NCBI GenBank assembly: GCA_041389025.1
Contig: JAWKSP010000001.1
Span: forward strand, 2 to 64,001
Direction: 5' to 3'
Source: Minisyncoccota bacterium
GTDB taxonomy: Bacteria; Patescibacteriota; Minisyncoccia; Phycocordibacterales; UBA918
DNA: 64,000 nucleotides
A model generated the notes under the pieces. It did no database searches and was not told the DNA's origin. It was given only the letters and a program-made list of their open reading frames with translations. Numbering within the stretch: position 1 is the first letter of the stretch; each line of letters starts with the position of its first letter. Both the position numbers and the translations under genes were made by a program. Positions 1 to 9,606 of the stretch are shown in pieces.

Positions 1-1206
1 AGTACCTATTGCTATCTTAATAGTTTTTCCGGAACTAGCGGTAGTTACCCCTTTATCGGTATATAAAGTACCGGAAATTGTAGGATTTGTTGATATTATT
101 TCTTCGCCACCAATAGTCCAAAAACCTGCACTATCTGAAGTGTTATTATAGATAGTTGTTACATCTGCAGACGTAAGAAAACCATCATATACTCTAACAT
201 CATCTATAATAGCTGGAAAATTTCTGTCAGCCGCTCCACCAAGAGTGTGCCCTATATAAAGAATACCGTTGTCAGAAACCGAACCAGAGAACGAACCAGA
301 ACCTACAAGAACACCATCAAGGAACAAGGTCACCGTATTTTTATCCCAAGTTCCCATTATATGATGCCAATCTCGATCACTATCAGCAAAAGTAGCGGTG
401 GCTCTATCAGCTCCTTCCATGATCCAACGTATAGTATTATTTACATAATAAATATTCCAACCACCAGCCCAAGAAGTAGAGTTTGTCTTGCCTAAAAAAG
501 AATCATAATTAGAAGGTGAAGACTGTGGTTTTGTCCAAAATGAAAAAGATAAACCGGTGGTACCAATTGAATTTATAGCTCCGATAGTAACATCATCATC
601 TGTACCATCAAAATCCAAAGCTCCATCAAGATAACCATCAACCAAGTCACCTGACGTCATTGAACCGGAAGTTGTTCCATGGTAATTGTTAGATGTACTA
701 TCATTCATTTGTGGTGCGGTACCGGAAGGGTCTTGTGATAAATTCCATACTCCAACCTCGTTTAAGACTCCATATACACCATTTTCATCACTTTGATCGG
801 TTGCTGATGAATTGCCATAATAAAGCAAAACAGTTTTGTCAGTAGTAGATGATACATCCATCGCTTCAAGATGAAGTACAAATTCCCCCGTTGTACTAGC
901 GTAAGACTCAAAATAAAAATCCAACAAAGAACCGCCGTCACTATTACAATCCGTTCCATCGGTAACTACCACATCAATTGGTAAATCATTGGTGACAATT
1001 TCTATCTTTCCAGAAGAAGAAGTGGCCGCCAAACTAGAAATCGTAGAAGTCGCCACCAAAGCAAATCCAGAAGTAGTGGTAGTAGCTATTTTGCTACTAT
1101 CCATGGTAAGAACCCGACAATAATTGTAATCGGTGTCGAACCAAGCAAAACCATTTGCCGGTATTTGCAAGAAAAGAAATATGATTATTGGTAGTATTTT
1201 TTTCAT
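1..1206 (-). CDS. Partial CDS (C-terminal part runs off the window start). Secreted DUF2341/LamG-like (concanavalin-type lectin) surface protein, N-terminal ~400 aa present.
   Basis: Reverse-strand ATG at 1204-1206 gives MKKILPIIIFLFLQIPANG (signal-peptide-like). Next come a W-x-D-x-D-Y-x-Y-R motif typical of DUF2341 and an LDFDGTDD motif typical of LamG/Laminin_G_3. The frame stays open to position 1. Not in the ORF track because it is truncated by the window edge. Confidence 0.6.
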   Translation of the reverse strand, partial: MKKILPIIIFLFLQIPANGFAWFDTDYNYCRVLTMDSSKIATTTTSGFALVATSTISSLAATSSSGKIEIVTNDLPIDVVVTDGTDCNSDGGSLLDFYFESYASTTGEFVLHLEAMDVSSTTDKTVLLYYGNSSATDQSDENGVYGVLNEVGVWNLSQDPSGTAPQMNDSTSNNYHGTTSGSMTSGDLVDGYLDGALDFDGTDDDVTIGAINSIGTTGLSFSFWTKPQSSPSNYDSFLGKTNSTSWAGGWNIYYVNNTIRWIMEGADRATATFADSDRDWHHIMGTWDKNTVTLFLDGVLVGSGSFSGSVSDNGILYIGHTLGGAADRNFPAIIDDVRVYDGFLTSADVTTIYNNTSDSAGFWTIGGEEIISTNPTISGTLYTDKGVTTASSGKTIKIAIGT

Positions 1207-1269
1207 AATTAAGTAATTTTTTAATCTATTTTACTTATTGGTTTTATATCAAAAGTGTGTTTTTAGTGA

Positions 1270-4200
1270 TTAATTTTCAAGTGGTGGTATATCTTCATTA
1301 TTTTCTTTTAATTCATCTAACTTTTCCTTCCCTCCTTCCTCTTTTACTTCTACTTCTTTTTCTGACTCTATTTTTGGACTTTCCTCTTTTACTTCTATAT
1401 TTTCTATATTATTTATTTCTTCATCAACCTCATTCTTACTGATAGGAATATTGTCCTTTCCTTGTCCGGTATCAATTTTGTTTTGTCCTACATCACTATC
1501 TTGTGTCGGACTTTTTTTATTAGTATCTACTTCTAAGGTGGAAGTCGATTCACTTTCCTTAACTTCTATTTCTGGATTTTCAACCATACCCTCACCGATA
1601 TAGTTGTCAGTGACATTACTTGTACTACTGGTACTACTGGAATTATTTATATCTGTACCAACCTCATCACCATCCACTACTTCTTCATCTACATTTTCTA
1701 TGTAATCATCTTCCTTTTTATTATCATTATTACCAACTTCTTTATCTTCTGTTTTTTGATCAACTGATTCACTATCACCAGAAGACTTGTTTGTTTCTAC
1801 CGTACCATTATCCTGTGACTGGCTTTGTTCTAATAATTTTCTTAAATCATCACCATCCACACACACTCCATCCACACACAACTCATCTTTAACTTCTACC
1901 TTATCTGCTTTAAGTTTTAAAACTGACAATACGCCGTCAACAAAATTATTTGCCAATTGTACCAGTCTCTCCCAAACTGTTTCCTCAGATACACCAACCG
2001 TACTACTAGCACTAGCTTTTAGACCATCAATAACTGCCAACTGAATGTCATCTATATATCGATGTCTTATATCAACAAAAACAATCGCCTGCCCAACATT
2101 AACTATTTGTCCGTTTTCAATTACAACTGTCTGACTTGATTTTTTAGCTAGTTGCGCCAACGCTTCTAACTCATCTTCATACAATACTATAGCTTCTGTT
2201 TCTAAGTCTTCATTTTCATAATCAGAGTGGACACATTCTGCCTCATCAAAATTGCCGCCGCCGCTGTTGTAGCAACCATCATTTTGTTTTGGATCATTTT
2301 GTTTTTGTGGCACAAATACTGAATCAATTAGATCATCACCAAACTGATTTATATAGGTTTTAGAGTAAGCTTTAGTTTCATCAAAGTCTTCCAACGCCAC
2401 ACCAATAATACGTCCGGTAGAAGTAGCTTTCATCGCCACTCCAGGAACAGAAGAAAGCATAAGTTCATCACCAGCCTTAATTTCTCCATTTTCGTTGGAG
2501 AGTTTTATTGGTACACGACCAGATAAAGCCACTGGATAACCAGTCTCACCTTTGTTTAAAGACCGATCATCAAAACCAAGTAAGAGCCCTGGTTTAGTTG
2601 AGACTACTCCGATAATTTTATTTTTGTTATCACTATCAGCTCTACCGATAGACAACCCACCTTTAGTGTAAATAACATCACCTGGCTCAAGTATCTCCTT
2701 AGAAAAATACATTTCTGCCAAGTCAGAGTTGCCGGTATGATATGAAACAGCTGAAATCCGTCCGGTAGTGGAAGCATTACAGGAACCATCATTATCAACA
2801 CAAATACCCCCATAACCAACCTGAATACCGGCGTTTTGAGTAGTGGTTCCATTACCAATAGTAAGCATACCGTAAGGATCAACGGTAAACATTGAGGTAC
2901 CGGCGTTTTGTAGATCAATAAACTTAGAAGCGGTAGTAGAAGAAAATGAACCGCCACTGTTACCAAAATTCATCAATAAACCGGTGCCGGTAAAAGCTGA
3001 TGTGTCTTGGAATAATTTTAATAAAGCAGCACTGGTAATAGTGGATGAGTAACCACGAATCGCATTTCCTTGTGTACTTCCTCCTGTTTCAGCAAATACA
3101 CCGGCTGGTTCATAAGAACCTCCCGCGTCCCCAGAAGTTACTCCACGCACACCAAAAGTACGAGCAAAGCCGGACAAAGCAGTATTCTCACCAAGAGTAT
3201 TTGTCCCTTCGTCAGTTTGCACCTCAAGACCCCTAACAATATTTCCATAACTTGTACTATCATTGAGCCTAAGCATACTACCCACCATAGTAGTAGTAGC
3301 CGTGTTAGTGGCATATATATATGAACGATTAGCGTACTGAATTGCACTGGCAGTATTGTTGGTAAAGCTAAAATACTGATCAAGACCAGCAACCCCAGCT
3401 TCAGAGTAATTCAATTTTTCAATTGCTAAACGCGCCTCTGGTGTAGTGGTACCAATTCCAATGTTGCCACTTGATAAGGTAGTACCAGTACCATCTATTC
3501 CAGTACCGAAGATTAGGTTGCCGATATTTAGTTGGTTTGAACCGGTAGTGGAAGCAATATCTACGTCGTAACCGATGACGATGTTGTTAGCGCCGGTGGT
3601 TAGGTTGTCGGCGGCTTGATAACCAAGAAAGATATTGTTGGAAGCTCCGGTTTGTGCAGCATAGCCGGCGCGGTAACCGAGAGCGGTGTTGTTGACGGCT
3701 TGGAAGATACTTCCTCCATAGAAAGATTCGGCTCCGACTAAAACTGATGAGGTGGATTGTATATAAAGACCGGTTGAATAACCGATCATTTCGTTGTAAT
3801 TGCCGGTGTTGTTGTACCCAGAAAGACGACCTATAAAATTATTAGACGTACCGGTATTGTTATACCCAGCGCTTTGCCCATAAATATTATTACTATCTCC
3901 AGTATTGTTTGCTCCAGCACTGGCGCCAAAGATATTATTGTTGGCACCAGTATTGTTGGTACCAGCAAAATATCCAAATATATTGTTTGATAAACCAGTA
4001 TTATTCAACCCAGCTGAAGCTCCGATATAATTATTATAATCAGCATCGGTAGTAGAAGCATAACGACCAGCTTCATAACCAATCGCCACATTTACTAAGG
4101 TTTGGTTATTAAAGGTTGCACCAGCATTTTGACCAAACAAAATAGACCCGTTAGTACTAGAAGCGTAGAGGTAATTAGTACCACCAAAAGCTAAGTATGA

Positions 4201-6123
4201 TTGAGAGCCTAATCCTAAGTTGGTACCATCAAAAGTAAGGTTTGAAGAATCAGTCACACCAGTACCTCCACTATTAGTAAACAACAACCGGTTAGCAGTG
4301 TATGAAGAAATAGTGTCAGTGAGTCCAAGGAAAGTACCGTCTCCCAGACCTAGTCCGGAAGTCGAGATCCAGTCGGTGCCGGTGCCAGTACTGGAGAGGA
4401 TTTGACCTGCGGTGCCGGAGGCGTTGGTAGAGTCAAAGATAGCTCCGGTAATAAAAGTATCTCCAACAACTGTAAGTTTTGAAGATGGTGTAGTAGTACC
4501 AATTCCAATATTGCCACTTGATAAGGTAGTTCCGGTACCATCAATACCGGTACCGAAGATTAGGTTGCCGATATTTAGTTGGTTTGAACCGGTAGTGGAA
4601 GCAATATCTACGTCGTAACCGATGATAATGTTGTTAGCGCCGGTGGTTAGGTTGTCGGCGGCTCGGTAGCCAAGAAGGATATTGTTGGAAGCTCCGGTTT
4701 GTGCGGCATAGCCGGCGCTGTAACCGAGAGCGGTGTTGTTGACGGCTTGGAAGATTGTCGTACCAGCTCCACCACGGAAGGCTTGACCTCCGATGACAAC
4801 TGATGAAGTAGCTTGGAGGTTAAAACCAGTTTGGTAACCAATCATTTCGTTGTAATTGCCGGTATTATTAAGACCAGCCATATAACCAAACAGATTGTTA
4901 TTGATACCAGAATTATAAAAACCGGCACTTCTACCAATTATATTATTATAAGAACCCGTGTTGTTATAGCCAGCATATTGACCTATAAAATTGTTGCCAC
5001 TAAATAAAGTAGTGGAAGAAGCATACCTTCCTGCCTCAAAACCTAAAGCCACGTTATAGGTAGTGTTAGAGTCAAAACTAGCTCCAGCATTTTCTCCAAA
5101 GACTATAGAGTCATTAGTGGAAGAAGCATAAAGATAACGAGTGCCATTCCAAGCAATACCAGTAGTGGTACCAAGACCGAAATTTGTACCATCGAAAGTT
5201 AATGCTTCATCATCAGTTACTCCATTGGCTCCACTATTAGTAAACAACAACCGGTTAGCAGTGTATGAAGAAATAGTGTCAGTGAGTCCAAGGAAAGTAC
5301 CGTCTCCCAGACCTAGTCCGGAAGTCGAGATCCAGTCGGTGCCGGTGCCAGTACTGGAGAGGATTTGACCTGCGGTGCCGGAGGCGTTGCTACTATCTGC
5401 TAAAGTGCCAGCTATAGCTGCGTTGCCAGTAATAGTTAAATTACCATCAAGGTAAGAGTTTCCAACTACCGTAAGTTTATTATCTGGTGTGGTAGTAGCA
5501 ATTCCCACATTTCCATTATTTAATATAGTAAACATCTCGGTTGCACCACTAAACAAACTTATGAGTTTACCGGCACCGTTTTGAATTATTGTAAGTATGG
5601 CAGAACTACTAGTTGCTTCCATTATATCGCTATCGTCAGATCGTAAAAAAGAAGTAGTAGCTAAACCAGCAAAAGTATTTGCTGTCTCGGCCACAAATGC
5701 TGCTGGCACCGCACCCAAAACTTTTCTTGGACTCATTTCTCCATCCCAAGCCGGAGTACTAGTTCCACCAATTTCTACTCCCAAATAAAGTGTTTGATCA
5801 AAATCTAATCCATCCAAAGAAGATACTTCTCCAAGCATTACTGAAAACAAACCATTAGTAACCGAGACTTGATTCCCTCCCGTTCTTGCCTCAGACCAAA
5901 TAGCAGTTGAAGTTGCAGCAGTGCTTGAAGATAAGAGCCAGAAGTTCATATTGTAATCACCATCTGCCACTGCCACACCAGAAGAATCGGTAAGTTTTCC
6001 TTGATAATTTATTTGTTTATTAAATTGGGCTTGAGTGGAAAAAGTAGAAAATATAAAAACCAAAGTCAGCACAAATGTGCTTATGATTGAAAATTTTATT
6101 TTGTTTTTACGCAAAATTTTCAT
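1270..6123 (-). CDS. Giant (1617 aa) secreted repeat protein with a fibre/adhesin-like beta-helical repeat region and an acidic low-complexity C-terminal tail.
   Basis: N-terminal signal peptide MKILRKNKIKFSIISTFVLTLVFIFSTFSTQAQ. A long region of ~14-residue Gly/Asn/Thr repeats (NN-x-I-G-x-x-AG-x-NNTG) resembles YadA-head or tail-fibre repeats. Two large internal protein repeats are present (..SNASGTAGQILSSTGTGTDWISTSGLGLGDGTFLGLTDTISSYTANRLLFTNSG.. appears twice). The C-terminal ~220 aa are D/E/K-rich low complexity. Confidence 0.75.
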   Translation of the reverse strand: MKILRKNKIKFSIISTFVLTLVFIFSTFSTQAQFNKQINYQGKLTDSSGVAVADGDYNMNFWLLSSSTAATSTAIWSEARTGGNQVSVTNGLFSVMLGEVSSLDGLDFDQTLYLGVEIGGTSTPAWDGEMSPRKVLGAVPAAFVAETANTFAGLATTSFLRSDDSDIMEATSSSAILTIIQNGAGKLISLFSGATEMFTILNNGNVGIATTTPDNKLTVVGNSYLDGNLTITGNAAIAGTLADSSNASGTAGQILSSTGTGTDWISTSGLGLGDGTFLGLTDTISSYTANRLLFTNSGANGVTDDEALTFDGTNFGLGTTTGIAWNGTRYLYASSTNDSIVFGENAGASFDSNTTYNVALGFEAGRYASSTTLFSGNNFIGQYAGYNNTGSYNNIIGRSAGFYNSGINNNLFGYMAGLNNTGNYNEMIGYQTGFNLQATSSVVIGGQAFRGGAGTTIFQAVNNTALGYSAGYAAQTGASNNILLGYRAADNLTTGANNIIIGYDVDIASTTGSNQLNIGNLIFGTGIDGTGTTLSSGNIGIGTTTPSSKLTVVGDTFITGAIFDSTNASGTAGQILSSTGTGTDWISTSGLGLGDGTFLGLTDTISSYTANRLLFTNSGGTGVTDSSNLTFDGTNLGLGSQSYLAFGGTNYLYASSTNGSILFGQNAGATFNNQTLVNVAIGYEAGRYASTTDADYNNYIGASAGLNNTGLSNNIFGYFAGTNNTGANNNIFGASAGANNTGDSNNIYGQSAGYNNTGTSNNFIGRLSGYNNTGNYNEMIGYSTGLYIQSTSSVLVGAESFYGGSIFQAVNNTALGYRAGYAAQTGASNNIFLGYQAADNLTTGANNIVIGYDVDIASTTGSNQLNIGNLIFGTGIDGTGTTLSSGNIGIGTTTPEARLAIEKLNYSEAGVAGLDQYFSFTNNTASAIQYANRSYIYATNTATTTMVGSMLRLNDSTSYGNIVRGLEVQTDEGTNTLGENTALSGFARTFGVRGVTSGDAGGSYEPAGVFAETGGSTQGNAIRGYSSTITSAALLKLFQDTSAFTGTGLLMNFGNSGGSFSSTTASKFIDLQNAGTSMFTVDPYGMLTIGNGTTTQNAGIQVGYGGICVDNDGSCNASTTGRISAVSYHTGNSDLAEMYFSKEILEPGDVIYTKGGLSIGRADSDNKNKIIGVVSTKPGLLLGFDDRSLNKGETGYPVALSGRVPIKLSNENGEIKAGDELMLSSVPGVAMKATSTGRIIGVALEDFDETKAYSKTYINQFGDDLIDSVFVPQKQNDPKQNDGCYNSGGGNFDEAECVHSDYENEDLETEAIVLYEDELEALAQLAKKSSQTVVIENGQIVNVGQAIVFVDIRHRYIDDIQLAVIDGLKASASSTVGVSEETVWERLVQLANNFVDGVLSVLKLKADKVEVKDELCVDGVCVDGDDLRKLLEQSQSQDNGTVETNKSSGDSESVDQKTEDKEVGNNDNKKEDDYIENVDEEVVDGDEVGTDINNSSSTSSTSNVTDNYIGEGMVENPEIEVKESESTSTLEVDTNKKSPTQDSDVGQNKIDTGQGKDNIPISKNEVDEEINNIENIEVKEESPKIESEKEVEVKEEGGKEKLDELKENNEDIPPLEN
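3440..3708. repeat. Intragenic DNA repeat copy 1 (~269 nt, ~93% identical to 4487..4756).
   Basis: Direct comparison: the ggtgtagtggtaccaattccaatgttgccacttgataagg...gacggcttggaagat block recurs 1047 nt downstream. Confidence 0.8.
4225..4427. repeat. Intragenic DNA repeat copy 1 (core 4268..4427 is 100% identical to 5231..5390).
   Basis: A 160-nt exact repeat (ccactattagtaaacaacaaccgg...gcggtgccggaggcgtt). The plus-strand ORF-track artefacts 4220..4405 and 5141..5368 share an identical C-terminus, which confirms it. Confidence 0.85.
4487..4756. repeat. Intragenic DNA repeat copy 2 of 3440..3708.
   Basis: Same as above. It encodes the duplicated GIGTTTP..NLTTGANNI[IV]IGYDVDIASTTGSNQLNIGN protein segment. 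Confidence 0.8.
5188..5390. repeat. Intragenic DNA repeat copy 2 of 4225..4427.
   Basis: See above. Offset 963 nt. Confidence 0.85.
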
Positions 6124-6128
6124 AAAAG

Positions 6129-6662
6129 TTATGGAATATTTGACTTATTATCTAACTCAACCTGATTAGTTTTATCTGGGATTAACACAAAAGGAAATTC
6201 TTTCGTATCGCCATTGTCTTTTTTAAAGGTTAAAACTCCGATTCTTTGATCCAAATACTCGACAGAAATGGGGTCAGAAAATAGATCAGATACTTTATTA
6301 AAATCATCTAAGTTTGATTTTTCCAAGAGCAGTAAAATACCTTCTGCAGCTGACTTCATCGATTCAATTCTAGTTTCATCTACAAATAATGGATAATCTG
6401 TAATGGTGGTAGTTTCTAAAATATTGTCGTTGTTATATGCAATAGTATTGTCATCTTTTTTATCAGCATAATCTTCATAATCAGATAAATTATCAGTATT
6501 CTCTAACACAGCTAACAAAGACACCATTTCTGTACCACGAACAACTTTTGTTAAATCAGTGAAGTTAGGAAAACTATAAAAAATTACTCCGACAAAGAGT
6601 CCTATTGTCACAACTGAAAAAGATTTTGTTAAAGACTCAATAGCTTGTTTATTTTTTTTCAT
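6129..6662 (-). CDS. Hypothetical membrane-anchored protein (N-terminal TM, acidic extracytoplasmic region).
   Basis: 177-aa ORF with a hydrophobic segment SFSVVTIGLFVGVIFYSF. It overlaps the next gene by 14 nt, which suggests an operon. Confidence 0.45.
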   Translation of the reverse strand: MKKNKQAIESLTKSFSVVTIGLFVGVIFYSFPNFTDLTKVVRGTEMVSLLAVLENTDNLSDYEDYADKKDDNTIAYNNDNILETTTITDYPLFVDETRIESMKSAAEGILLLLEKSNLDDFNKVSDLFSDPISVEYLDQRIGVLTFKKDNGDTKEFPFVLIPDKTNQVELDNKSNIP

Positions 6663-6948
6663 AATGAACTTTATTTTTCAGCTCTGTCATTTTTTGACTA
6701 ATAAACATTTCCCTCTTTCTTTCGCTACGAAGTTTATGTTTTCTATTTATCTGCTCTAAGTTTACCCTTTCAATAAATTTGGAAAGTGAGTCAGGTTCAA
6801 TAAACCACTGCCTGCCAACTTGCACACTTAACACTTTTTTATCACGAGCTAACTTAGCTAAATAATCACGAGTATAAGGAACCCGCTTAGCAGCTTCTTT
6901 AAGAGAAAGATATGTATTATTTTTTATTTTGATTTGAGCAGTAGACAT
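6649..6948 (-). CDS. Small DNA-binding protein, excisionase/HTH_17-family-like helix-turn-helix.
   Basis: TYLSLKEAAKRVPYTRDYLAKLARDKKVLSVQVGRQWFIEPDSL fits the HTH_17 pattern (..eaA..lgvs..t.y.l...g.l.....Grrw.i....l). Confidence 0.5.
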   Translation of the reverse strand: MSTAQIKIKNNTYLSLKEAAKRVPYTRDYLAKLARDKKVLSVQVGRQWFIEPDSLSKFIERVNLEQINRKHKLRSERKREMFISQKMTELKNKVHYEKK

Positions 6949-7010
6949 GACTGATATAACTTTAATTATAAAGCCAAATCAGCTAAAAATCAGAATAAAA
7001 TGTTAATAAG

Positions 7011-7841
7011 TTATCGTCCTAAAATAATTTTTAGTTTATTAAAAAAATCAAAAGAAAAAATCGTTTTTTTAGTTAAAGAGTCATCAGTCACGGAAATAGA
7101 AAAATCAAAAAAAAGTATTGCTAAAAGTAATAAAAACAAAAGTAATAATACTAAAAAAGAAAAAAGCTTAAGTAAATAATTTTTTTTATGAACTAATTGC
7201 TTTTCCTTCACTGCATTTGGGGTTAAAGTTGAATTATTAGACGTAATTTTTTCTTTTTCAATAGATTTATTATTTTCAACTATAAAATCAGCTTTATTGT
7301 GGTCATTTTCTATAAAGTCATGGTCTTCAGATGAAATTTTTACCGGTCCTTTCATTAAAACCTCAGGCAAGTCTTCAGATGAAAAATCAGTAGTTTCGTC
7401 TTGTGAAAAACCATTTACTTTAACCGAAACGGCATCAGCCAAATCTATATTAATCTTTTTATTATCTAACTTTGGTAATAAATCTGATTCATCAATTTCA
7501 TATTTGACTGGTTTCCAATCAATTCTATTTATAAAATTTTTACTTTTTTCTTTAGCAAACTTAGTTGCTCTATTTGTTATTACAGGATTAACGTTTATAC
7601 GAGTTTTTGTTATTTTAGAATCTTCCTTAGCAATTTTATCGTTCTCACGAACTTTTTTGTAACGTGACTTTTTATGTTTTTCTAAAGAATCTAAATTTAC
7701 ATACCAACTACGGCCAACTAACTCAGCCTCTACCTTATTTTTACGGCAAAGTTGTCCAACGTAGTCAGTGGTATATTTAAACTTCTTAGCTAAAACGGTA
7801 GCTTTAATATACTCTTTACCATTTACTGTTACAGTATCCAT
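7011..7841 (-). CDS. Paralogous HTH_17-like DNA-binding domain protein with a C-terminal transmembrane anchor.
   Basis: N-terminus KEYIKATVLAKKFKYTTDYVGQLCRKNKVEAELVGRSWYVNLDSL has the same HTH pattern as 6649..6948. C-terminal TM is LLKLFSFLVLLLLFLLLLAILFF. Start is taken at the internal M (MDTVTV); the ORF track extends to 7865. Confidence 0.45.
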   Translation of the reverse strand: MDTVTVNGKEYIKATVLAKKFKYTTDYVGQLCRKNKVEAELVGRSWYVNLDSLEKHKKSRYKKVRENDKIAKEDSKITKTRINVNPVITNRATKFAKEKSKNFINRIDWKPVKYEIDESDLLPKLDNKKINIDLADAVSVKVNGFSQDETTDFSSEDLPEVLMKGPVKISSEDHDFIENDHNKADFIVENNKSIEKEKITSNNSTLTPNAVKEKQLVHKKNYLLKLFSFLVLLLLFLLLLAILFFDFSISVTDDSLTKKTIFSFDFFNKLKIILGR

Positions 7842-7910
7842 GTTAAATACAGTATAACAAAACACTAACAGTAAATACTGTTAGTGTTAACAGGGTTGTT
7901 TATAAATGCA

Positions 7911-9329
7911 CTACTTAGACAACTCTCTCCTTAAAAGATCTGCCAGTAAATTTGGATTAGCTGTTCCCTTTGTTTTTTTCATACCTTGACCAATTAGAAA
8001 CTGTAGCGAATTTTCTTTGCCAGAACGATATTCGCTTATAATATCTGGAAATTCACTAATTATCTCGGAAATAATAGGCAATATATCATCAGGGTTAGAG
8101 CTCTGTAACAAACCTCTACTTTCAGCTTCTTGTCTAGGATTAAAATCTGATTTAAATAATTCCTGAAGCAAATCTTTAGCTACTCTTGAATTAATTAAAC
8201 CTTCATCTATCATCGACATTAATTTGTAGAAATTTTCACTACTAAATTCTATCTTTAGATCATCATTCAATATTGACAAAACATCTGAAGTTAAATAATT
8301 GGCAGCCAACTTAATTATGTTACTAGAGTCTACTTCATTGCTTTCCACTAACATTTTTGAAAAAATTTTATCGAGCTCAGGTGTAGATATTAAAATTTCT
8401 ATCTGTTTACTAGGTATACCGATATCTTTATATTTTAAACGCTTATTATGTGGTAATTCTGGTAAAATATCGCTTAAACGAGATTTAAAAAAGTAAGGGT
8501 ATTCAGCAATTTTCATTTTTACAATATCTGGATCTGGAAAATATCTATAGTCCTTAGCACTTTCTTTAGTTCGCTGACTATAAGTTCTCAACTTTACCTC
8601 ATCCCAACCTCTAGTTTCTTGTTTTACAGTATCATTATTTTCAATAAGCGTAATCTGTCTTTTGATTTCATAATCTATTGCTAACTCAACAGATCGAAAA
8701 GAATTTAGATTTTTTACTTCAACTTTTGTGCCTAAATCTTCAGTTTTACTGACAGATATATTTGCCTCGACCCGCATCTCTCCTTTATTCATTTGTGCGT
8801 TTGATATATTTATTGTTTGCAAAATTAGTTGTAATTCTCTAGCAAATTTGCCAGCTAGGTTAGAATCATGAATGACTGGCTCAGTAACCAATTCCATCAA
8901 AGGCACTCCAGCTCTATTAAAATCAATCAAACTCACTCCGTCATGGTCATGTTGACTACGAGCAGTATCTTCTTCAAGATGTACTCTAGTTAATTCCACA
9001 CCACAAACAGAACCGCCAATTAAAAATGGATAAGCATATTGACTAATCTGATAGGCTTTCGGTATATCGGGATAAAAATAATTTTTACGATCAAACTCAG
9101 AATAGTTGGCTACTTTAGAATTAACCGCTTCACCAAATAAAAGTACCTTAGCAATTGCCTCCTCATTTGGCACAGGTAGTGTACCCGGATGTGCTAGGCA
9201 CACCGGACACACATTACTATTTGGAATGTTATCATGTGGATCATTTTTGCAACCACAAAACATTTTGCTTTTTGTTTTTAACTCAGCATGAACCTCAAGT
9301 CCGATTGTGGCAATATAGTTTGAACTCAT
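7911..9329 (-). CDS. gatB: Asp/Glu-tRNA(Asn/Gln) amidotransferase subunit B
   Basis: 472 aa. The N-terminus IGLEVHAELKTKSKMFCGC and the overall length and architecture are typical of GatB. Confidence 0.9.
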   Translation of the reverse strand: MSSNYIATIGLEVHAELKTKSKMFCGCKNDPHDNIPNSNVCPVCLAHPGTLPVPNEEAIAKVLLFGEAVNSKVANYSEFDRKNYFYPDIPKAYQISQYAYPFLIGGSVCGVELTRVHLEEDTARSQHDHDGVSLIDFNRAGVPLMELVTEPVIHDSNLAGKFARELQLILQTINISNAQMNKGEMRVEANISVSKTEDLGTKVEVKNLNSFRSVELAIDYEIKRQITLIENNDTVKQETRGWDEVKLRTYSQRTKESAKDYRYFPDPDIVKMKIAEYPYFFKSRLSDILPELPHNKRLKYKDIGIPSKQIEILISTPELDKIFSKMLVESNEVDSSNIIKLAANYLTSDVLSILNDDLKIEFSSENFYKLMSMIDEGLINSRVAKDLLQELFKSDFNPRQEAESRGLLQSSNPDDILPIISEIISEFPDIISEYRSGKENSLQFLIGQGMKKTKGTANPNLLADLLRRELSK

Positions 9330-9606
9330 AATTATTTTTATTTATTTAATTTAACAGTCTAAGGTTAATAAATTTAATTTAATGTTTAAAAATATTTTAC
9401 TATATTTAACTTTAATTAAAATACAAGACATATATTATACGATATTGTAGATAATATTGTGTATATGATGTTTTATTTTTCTTTTTATAAAGAATTCTCC
9501 TGTAAACAGTAGCTATTATATTGATTTATTTTTTTAGATATCAATACAAATTAAGTAAAAAATTATCTTTAATTCTCTATAATACTTACTATATTGTAGA
9601 TTAAAG

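Noticed and set aside
1900-2700. Peptidase S74 intramolecular-chaperone (tail-fibre autoprocessing) domain in the C-terminal part of the giant protein.
   Set aside because: The region (..IIGVVSTKPGLLLG..GYPVALSGRVPIKL..) lacks the Ser-Lys dyad and DxxLKxxI-type motifs I would expect. Not claimed.
1257-5788. Numerous plus-strand ORFs (for example 1257..1442, 1620..1892, 1787..2044, 3045..3324, 4220..4405, 4412..4618, 5141..5368, 5597..5788) and minus-strand ORFs in other frames inside the 1617-aa gene.
   Set aside because: They lie antisense or out of frame within a long, well-supported CDS with signal peptide and coherent repeats. Low-complexity, repeat-driven open frames.
9330-9606. Direct repeats of atattgtagat in the gatB/obg intergenic region and a general search for CRISPR arrays.
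   Set aside because: Only two short copies in an AT-rich promoter region. No regularly spaced repeat array anywhere in the window, so no CRISPR.
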